Shown here piece after piece: positions 58,946 to 64,000 of a DNA stretch of 64,000 nucleotides. The stretch is taken from contig JAZDQA010000004.1 of the NCBI GenBank assembly GCA_043797085.1, forward strand, positions 96,001 through 160,000, read 5' to 3'. A program made the position numbers and the translations under genes. The notes under the pieces were generated by a model. That model saw only the letters and a program-made list of their open reading frames with translations, searched no databases and was not told the DNA's origin. How positions within the stretch are numbered: the stretch's first letter is position 1; the number at the start of each line of letters is the position of its first letter. The DNA is from Pseudomonadota bacterium (GTDB lineage: Bacteria; Campylobacterota; Campylobacteria; Campylobacterales; Sulfurimonadaceae).

Positions 58946-59595
58946 TTTATCCGTATTTCTTTTAATTCACTTCGTAATTTTTTTTCATTTTCTAGAATGC
59001 TTCTTACAAAAGCATGAAATTCTTTTGAGTGATTCATGTGTTTCAAATGTGCCAATTCATGCACGATAATGTAATCAATATGCTCGTATGATAGCTGCAT
59101 CATGAGGGTATTAAAAGTTACTATCCCTAAACTATTACAACTTCCCCATCGTCGCCGCAGTCGCTTATAACGTATTTCACTTGGGTGCAAGTTCATCTTC
59201 TTAGCATAATAATTGATACGCGAAGGAAGGGTTAGAATTGCTTCATTTTTATAAAATTGATGGTAATATTTTTCAATATTAATACTATTTTCATCTTTTT
59301 TAAGCTTTATATTCAAAAATTCAAAAGAATCTACGTTCATAATATCTCCGCGAAAACGGATGCTTGTTCCTAAAATATGAGCGTATGAAGAACGTTTTTC
59401 AATTGAAATGAGTTTAGAATTAATCCACTCCTCTTTTTCTTTTAGCAGGTTGCGAATTCGTTTGATATCTTTAAGCGGTGTTCGCACTCGAACGCACCCA
59501 TCGTGAGTGATGGTGATATAGGTATTGCGATTGCGCGGTGAAAAAAGGACACTAACCTCTGAGGTTAGTGCATTAAAGGTATTCGATGGGGTCAT
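58942..59595 (-). CDS. YgjP/M48-like (SprT-like) zinc metalloprotein
   Basis: [21 protein letters not shown]. Confidence 0.88.
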   Translation of the reverse strand: MTPSNTFNALTSEVSVLFSPRNRNTYITITHDGCVRVRTPLKDIKRIRNLLKEKEEWINSKLISIEKRSSYAHILGTSIRFRGDIMNVDSFEFLNIKLKKDENSINIEKYYHQFYKNEAILTLPSRINYYAKKMNLHPSEIRYKRLRRRWGSCNSLGIVTFNTLMMQLSYEHIDYIIVHELAHLKHMNHSKEFHAFVRSILENEKKLRSELKEIRIN

Positions 59596-60238
59596 TGACA
59601 CCTGCACGCTCAAAGCCTCGAAGACGTAAACGACAGCTATCACATACCCCGCATGCTTTATCCTCGCTTTGATAACAACTCCACGTCAAATGCAACGGCA
59701 CATTCAGCTTGATCGCCTCTTGAACGATTTGAGATTTCTGTAAATGGACTAATGGCATTTCGATGGTAATATTCGTTGTCTCTTTTGTCCCTAAATTGGC
59801 TGTATGTTGAAATGATTGGATAAAAGTATCACGACAATCCGGATACCCGCTGCTGTCTTCCTCAACTACCCCTATTGCGATGGCGGAACACCCCTCTTTT
59901 TCAGCAATAGCTGTTGCAATGGAGAGAAAAATACCGTTACGAAAAGGGACATAAGTAATAGGAACACCCGCTTCTACCCCTGTAACTGGCACATCAATGC
60001 TATGGTCGGTTAATGCTGATGCACCGATAGTTTTGAAAAAATCCAAATCAATTTCATATTTTTCACTCACTCCCAAATCGGTACAAACAGCACGATAGGA
60101 TTCCAGTTCTTTGGATACTGTTCGTTGACCGTAATTAAAGTGCAGTGAGATAATCTCGTAACCGCGTGAGCGCATAATGTAAGCAACCAAAGTTGAATCC
60201 ATACCACCGCTCATAATACAAAGTGCTTTTTTAGTCAT
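59573..60238 (-). CDS. queC: 7-cyano-7-deazaguanine synthase
   Basis: SGGMDS, YVPFRN, YPDCR, SCY...CGVCDSC. Confidence 0.96.
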   Translation of the reverse strand: MTKKALCIMSGGMDSTLVAYIMRSRGYEIISLHFNYGQRTVSKELESYRAVCTDLGVSEKYEIDLDFFKTIGASALTDHSIDVPVTGVEAGVPITYVPFRNGIFLSIATAIAEKEGCSAIAIGVVEEDSSGYPDCRDTFIQSFQHTANLGTKETTNITIEMPLVHLQKSQIVQEAIKLNVPLHLTWSCYQSEDKACGVCDSCRLRLRGFERAGVNDPIEYL

Positions 60239-60292
60239 AAATTTCCCTTTGATGAGATTGTACCAAGGGGAGCCTTATGCTACAATGCGTTT

Positions 60293-60712
60293 ATGATAGA
60301 TTTAGATAACAGAACCGATAAAAATTATAATTTTGCTCTATTGGAGCAAATTGCCGATACGCTTAGTGTCCGTGAAATTGAGCTTATTCTCACCGATAAT
60401 GATGAAATAGCCCAAATCAACCGTGAATTTCGAGGCATTGATAAAGCCACGGATGTGCTTAGTTTTCCCAGCGATCCCTTTCCTAATGCACCTCTTGGGA
60501 GTATCATTATCAGTGTAGACAAAGTCCAAAGTGTTGCTAAAGAGATTGGGCATACCCCTGATAACGAGATTGCCTTGCTCTTTATCCACGGAATGCTTCA
60601 TCTACTCGGATACGACCATGAAGTCGATAGCGGAGAAATGCGTGAACGCGAAAGAGAACTTGTCAACGAATTTAATTTACCGTTGAGCCTGATTGTTCGG
60701 ACGCAGGGATAA
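60293..60712 (+). CDS. ybeY: rRNA maturation endoribonuclease
   Basis: TDVLSF, HGMLHLLGYDH. Confidence 0.95.
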   Translation: MIDLDNRTDKNYNFALLEQIADTLSVREIELILTDNDEIAQINREFRGIDKATDVLSFPSDPFPNAPLGSIIISVDKVQSVAKEIGHTPDNEIALLFIHGMLHLLGYDHEVDSGEMRERERELVNEFNLPLSLIVRTQG

Positions 60713-62513
60713 TCTTTTCCGGTTGACCCAGCTTGACGTAACCTAACTCCAGTAATTTATTATAAATCCCCGAAACAATAGTTCCGGCAGCCTCTCCGCC
60801 GTGTCCCCCGTGTTCAATCAAGACCGTTACAATAAACTGAGGATTATCGGCAGGACCATAGGTGGTAAACCACGCATGGGAACGTTTTAAATACTCCATA
60901 TTCTTTTCACTTAGACGATTTTTAACGCTTTGCCCTATCCCTGTCGTTTGCGCTGTACCTGTTTTTCCTGCGATTGGAAAACGTGTCGAGATAAATGCCT
61001 TGGCGGTTCCTCCTTTGTCATTACAAACAGCTCTCATGGCACTTTGAATGATGGGAAGATTTTTTTTCTCCAATGGGGACAATACATCTTTAGGTTTTGG
61101 ATCAACAATGCTTGACCCAATCTTGTACGCGATATGCGGCTTAGGAAGTTTACCCGTTGCCATCAAAGCAGTATATTGCGCTATTTGCATAGGGGTCGTC
61201 AAAACATCCCCTTGCCCAATGGCAGTATTAAGGGTTTCACCACGATACCATGGCTGTTTAAATTTCTCTATTTTCCATTGTCTGTTTGGAATCGTTCCTA
61301 TAAATTCATTCGGAAGATCGATGGACGTTTTAACCCCCAGACCCATTCGCATCAACCCCGAACTCATCTTTTCTATCCCTAAGTTTAGACTCCCCTTGTA
61401 GAAATAATCATCACAACTTTGGGTAATCGCTTTATGAATCGTAACATCTCCATGACCATGTTGATTCCAGCAACGAAATGACCGATTTCCCAAACGAAAA
61501 GATCCCGTACAATTTACACCAAAATTTTCATTCATTACACCTGAAGTAATATAAAGAAGTCCCAATCCGGTTTTAATCGTTGAACCGGGCGGATATAATC
61601 CGTTTACAACTTTATTCGTAAACGGTGCATCAACACTGTTAATAAGGTAGTTCCATTGAGCGGTACTTACTCCCTCAACAAATCCATTAAGATCGTACTC
61701 CGGATAACTTCCAGCTGCATAAAGCGCCCCTTTTGTATCCATAACAATAATGGCACCAACATTGCCCTTAAAAGCCTCTGCAATATACTGCTGAAGACGC
61801 ATATCAATATTGAGGAGAAGATTACGATTCTCTTTGGTTGCACTGCGCCCGAGCTCTTCAATTTCAACATTATGCGCATTAACTTTAATCCGCCGTTCCC
61901 CTGCTTCACCTTGGAGATAAGTATTGTAATATTTTTCAATTCCGGTTTTTCCAACATGCCCTAAGAGTTGTAAAAGTGCGTTATTCTCGACCTCTTTTTG
62001 GTTTGCCTTTGCCACATATCCAATCAGATGGGATGCCGTTTTTCCATAAGGATAAAGTCGTTTTGGTGATGGCGATATTTTAATCGTCTCACGCAAATTC
62101 ATCAGTGCATAGAGAGGTATCATTGTTTCATGAGGGACAAATTCAACAACATCAATAAAATTATGATTGTAATAGGAATCTTCTTGCTTATACGCTTTGG
62201 CAATTTTTTTCGCATCAAGAGAGGGAATCATAGAAAGTAAATAATTAATCTCTTGATTCAGAAGATGAATATCCTTGCCTTTTGTTAAATGTGGAGCAAG
62301 TGAAATTTTAAATCCAAGTTCATTAATAGCAATAGGTTCCAGATTGCGATCTAAAATCTCTCCGCGAACCGGCGGTGAAAGCTCTGCTTTGATACTGTTG
62401 TTTTGAGAGAGCATTTCATAATGTTCATTGGATTGAACCGCTAAATCAAACACCCGAACAATGAGTGAGATCCAAGCCAGTATAAAAAAGCCAATTAATA
62501 ATTTTACTTTCAT
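60672..62513 (-). CDS. mrdA: Penicillin-binding protein 2
   Basis: N-terminal TM, RGEILDRN, PGSTIK (SxxK), SCD, KTGTAQ. Confidence 0.95.
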   Translation of the reverse strand: MKVKLLIGFFILAWISLIVRVFDLAVQSNEHYEMLSQNNSIKAELSPPVRGEILDRNLEPIAINELGFKISLAPHLTKGKDIHLLNQEINYLLSMIPSLDAKKIAKAYKQEDSYYNHNFIDVVEFVPHETMIPLYALMNLRETIKISPSPKRLYPYGKTASHLIGYVAKANQKEVENNALLQLLGHVGKTGIEKYYNTYLQGEAGERRIKVNAHNVEIEELGRSATKENRNLLLNIDMRLQQYIAEAFKGNVGAIIVMDTKGALYAAGSYPEYDLNGFVEGVSTAQWNYLINSVDAPFTNKVVNGLYPPGSTIKTGLGLLYITSGVMNENFGVNCTGSFRLGNRSFRCWNQHGHGDVTIHKAITQSCDDYFYKGSLNLGIEKMSSGLMRMGLGVKTSIDLPNEFIGTIPNRQWKIEKFKQPWYRGETLNTAIGQGDVLTTPMQIAQYTALMATGKLPKPHIAYKIGSSIVDPKPKDVLSPLEKKNLPIIQSAMRAVCNDKGGTAKAFISTRFPIAGKTGTAQTTGIGQSVKNRLSEKNMEYLKRSHAWFTTYGPADNPQFIVTVLIEHGGHGGEAAGTIVSGIYNKLLELGYVKLGQPEKIIPASEQSGSTVN

Positions 62514-62965
62514 CAGAACATCGCAATCAAGGCAAATTCAATTGCCATATATAAAAAAGTATGCCACTCAAATGCGGGTAAAGCGAGAAGAAAAATACCA
62601 TTAATCATCGTAATAAACACCCAAAAAAGAAGATAGCTAGCAGCCACAAAAAGAGCTTTAATGCACAGTTTACATCGCATGGTTTGCTCAAGATATGGAA
62701 GAGCATAATGACTCAAAAGAATAAAAAAAAGTATTGAACTTCCAAACCAGTATCCTTTTTCGGCCTCAATAATCAACAGCATAAGTGAAAAAATTATAAG
62801 AGAATAAAGATCATGACGCTGCAGAGAACGATAGAATAAATAACCTACCAATGCCAACATAGGGGGCAAAAACAGATAAATACTGCTAAGTGAACTGTAA
62901 ATACCAAAAACAACAACCCATAAAAGGCTGCTTAGAGCGTTTTGATAAGTGATACTTCGTTGCAT
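62513..62965 (-). CDS. Membrane protein (MreD-like position)
   Basis: Polytopic hydrophobic ORF directly upstream of mrdA. Confidence 0.65.
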   Translation of the reverse strand: MQRSITYQNALSSLLWVVVFGIYSSLSSIYLFLPPMLALVGYLFYRSLQRHDLYSLIIFSLMLLIIEAEKGYWFGSSILFFILLSHYALPYLEQTMRCKLCIKALFVAASYLLFWVFITMINGIFLLALPAFEWHTFLYMAIEFALIAMF

Positions 62966-63396
62966 ATCGGAAAATGTTTGCATTTAATGCAGTCAGCCCA
63001 AATTTTATGTTCGGGGATGGTCTCTTTGGGGATTTCTACAAATCCGAGACGTTCAAAAAAGGTTCGTTGATAGGTAAGCGCCAATACTTCACGAAGTCCT
63101 AAAAGATTTCCTTCATCGCATACTTTGGCTACCAAAGTACTTCCGATGTTTTGCCCGCGATAACTGCTGTCAATAATCATAGAACGAATTTCAGCAAGAT
63201 TAGGCGAATGAATATGAAGCGCACAGAATCCTACTAATTTATCACCATCCATTGCCAAAGTATACGAACGTATGTTGGTAGCTATTTCATCATCACTTCG
63301 ATATAAAATAACGCCGCTTTGGATTTCTGGCTCTACAAGGTTTTGCATGGCTGGAATATCCAATAATGAGGCTTTTTTATACGTAATCTGACTCAC
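62932..63396 (-). CDS. GNAT acetyltransferase (short ArgA-like)
   Basis: AEIRS, RGQNIG, FFERLGF, KIWADC..C. Confidence 0.85.
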   Translation of the reverse strand: MSQITYKKASLLDIPAMQNLVEPEIQSGVILYRSDDEIATNIRSYTLAMDGDKLVGFCALHIHSPNLAEIRSMIIDSSYRGQNIGSTLVAKVCDEGNLLGLREVLALTYQRTFFERLGFVEIPKETIPEHKIWADCIKCKHFPICNEVSLIKTL

Positions 63397-64000
63397 TCAC
63401 TGCTACCTTTTAACATCCCATAAAGGACGGAAACAATTTTATCAACGCCCTTGCGCTTACTGTTGGAAATCATCAATGCATCCGGAAATCGATTCTTAAG
63501 TACTGAAAGTTCTTTTTGATTTAATTTGTCAATCTTCGTATACACTTGGAGAATATACTGATCTTCCGTACAAATCTCACTGAGATACTGTGCTACCGAG
63601 GCATCGATCTCTAAATCCGGATGACGGCAATCGATGAGATGAACAAATACACGTATTTGCTTACGTTCCGAAATAAAATTCGTCAGATTGCTTTCCCAAT
63701 CGCTTTTTAAGCTTTTTGCTACTTTGGCATATCCAAAACCGGGAAGATCCACCAAAATTGCACGGTTCTTTTCCCCAGATTCCCGATCCATAAAAATAAC
63801 GTCAAAATAATTGATAAGACGTGTTTTACCCGGCGTTGAGGATACTTTCGCAAGCGATTTTCTCTGTGTTAATGTATTAAGAAGTGAACTTTTCCCCGTA
63901 TTGGAACGTGCCATGAAAGCGATTTCATTTTGAAATTCATTTTCGGGAGCCAAACGGATAGTAGGCGCAGAGGTAAGAAAGGCTGATTCAATAATTTCAA
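63393..64000 (-). CDS. engB: Ribosome biogenesis GTPase EngB/YihA, 5' end outside the window
   Basis: RSNTGKSS, PGKT, DLPGFG, TKID; frame open to the window end (..FLTSAP..). Confidence 0.93.
   Translation of the reverse strand, partial: EIIESAFLTSAPTIRLAPENEFQNEIAFMARSNTGKSSLLNTLTQRKSLAKVSSTPGKTRLINYFDVIFMDRESGEKNRAILVDLPGFGYAKVAKSLKSDWESNLTNFISERKQIRVFVHLIDCRHPDLEIDASVAQYLSEICTEDQYILQVYTKIDKLNQKELSVLKNRFPDALMISNSKRKGVDKIVSVLYGMLKGSSE

Noticed and set aside
59573..60238. queC as part of a Dpd DNA-modification system with the DGQHR gene
   Set aside because: It is in housekeeping context, outside the att sites, with no dpdA

Overview
Chromosomal window from a Campylobacterota bacterium, most like Sulfuricurvum/Sulfurimonas. 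This is inferred from the napAGHBFLD order, the epsilon-type NirS and the gltX2-yggT-slt synteny. Bases 3.4-37.2 kb form an anaerobic/nitrate-respiration cluster: cytochrome c553, class III RNR, a porin, nap, two Crp/Fnr regulators, moaA, a siroheme reductase, nor genes, nirS and a TonB-dependent receptor. Nine near-identical TTGA(C/T)-N4-(A/G)TCAA boxes link these units, each 22-23 bp upstream of a -10 hexamer. Most notable: (1) a two-gene [NiFe]-hydrogenase whose group-1-like small subunit is fused behind a NirB-like FAD/NAD(P)H + BFD [2Fe-2S] module through what looks like a decayed Tat signal, predicting a soluble NAD(P)-coupled enzyme; (2) nirS with no heme d1 synthesis genes in the window but a co-regulated TonB receptor, a possible heme d1 scavenging system; (3) NrdD split, with its glycyl-radical loop on a separate 54-aa ORF missing from the ORF track; (4) a 5.4-kb element integrated at tRNA-Glu, with integrase, Xis-like protein, rolling-circle Rep, candidate origin hairpins and arm sites, carrying a DGQHR + HEPN-like gene pair (candidate defence system); (5) a NarX-type nitrate sensor with no output domain, coupled to a Crp/Fnr gene. 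The last ~13 kb is housekeeping. All calls come from motif recognition by eye; no searches were run.
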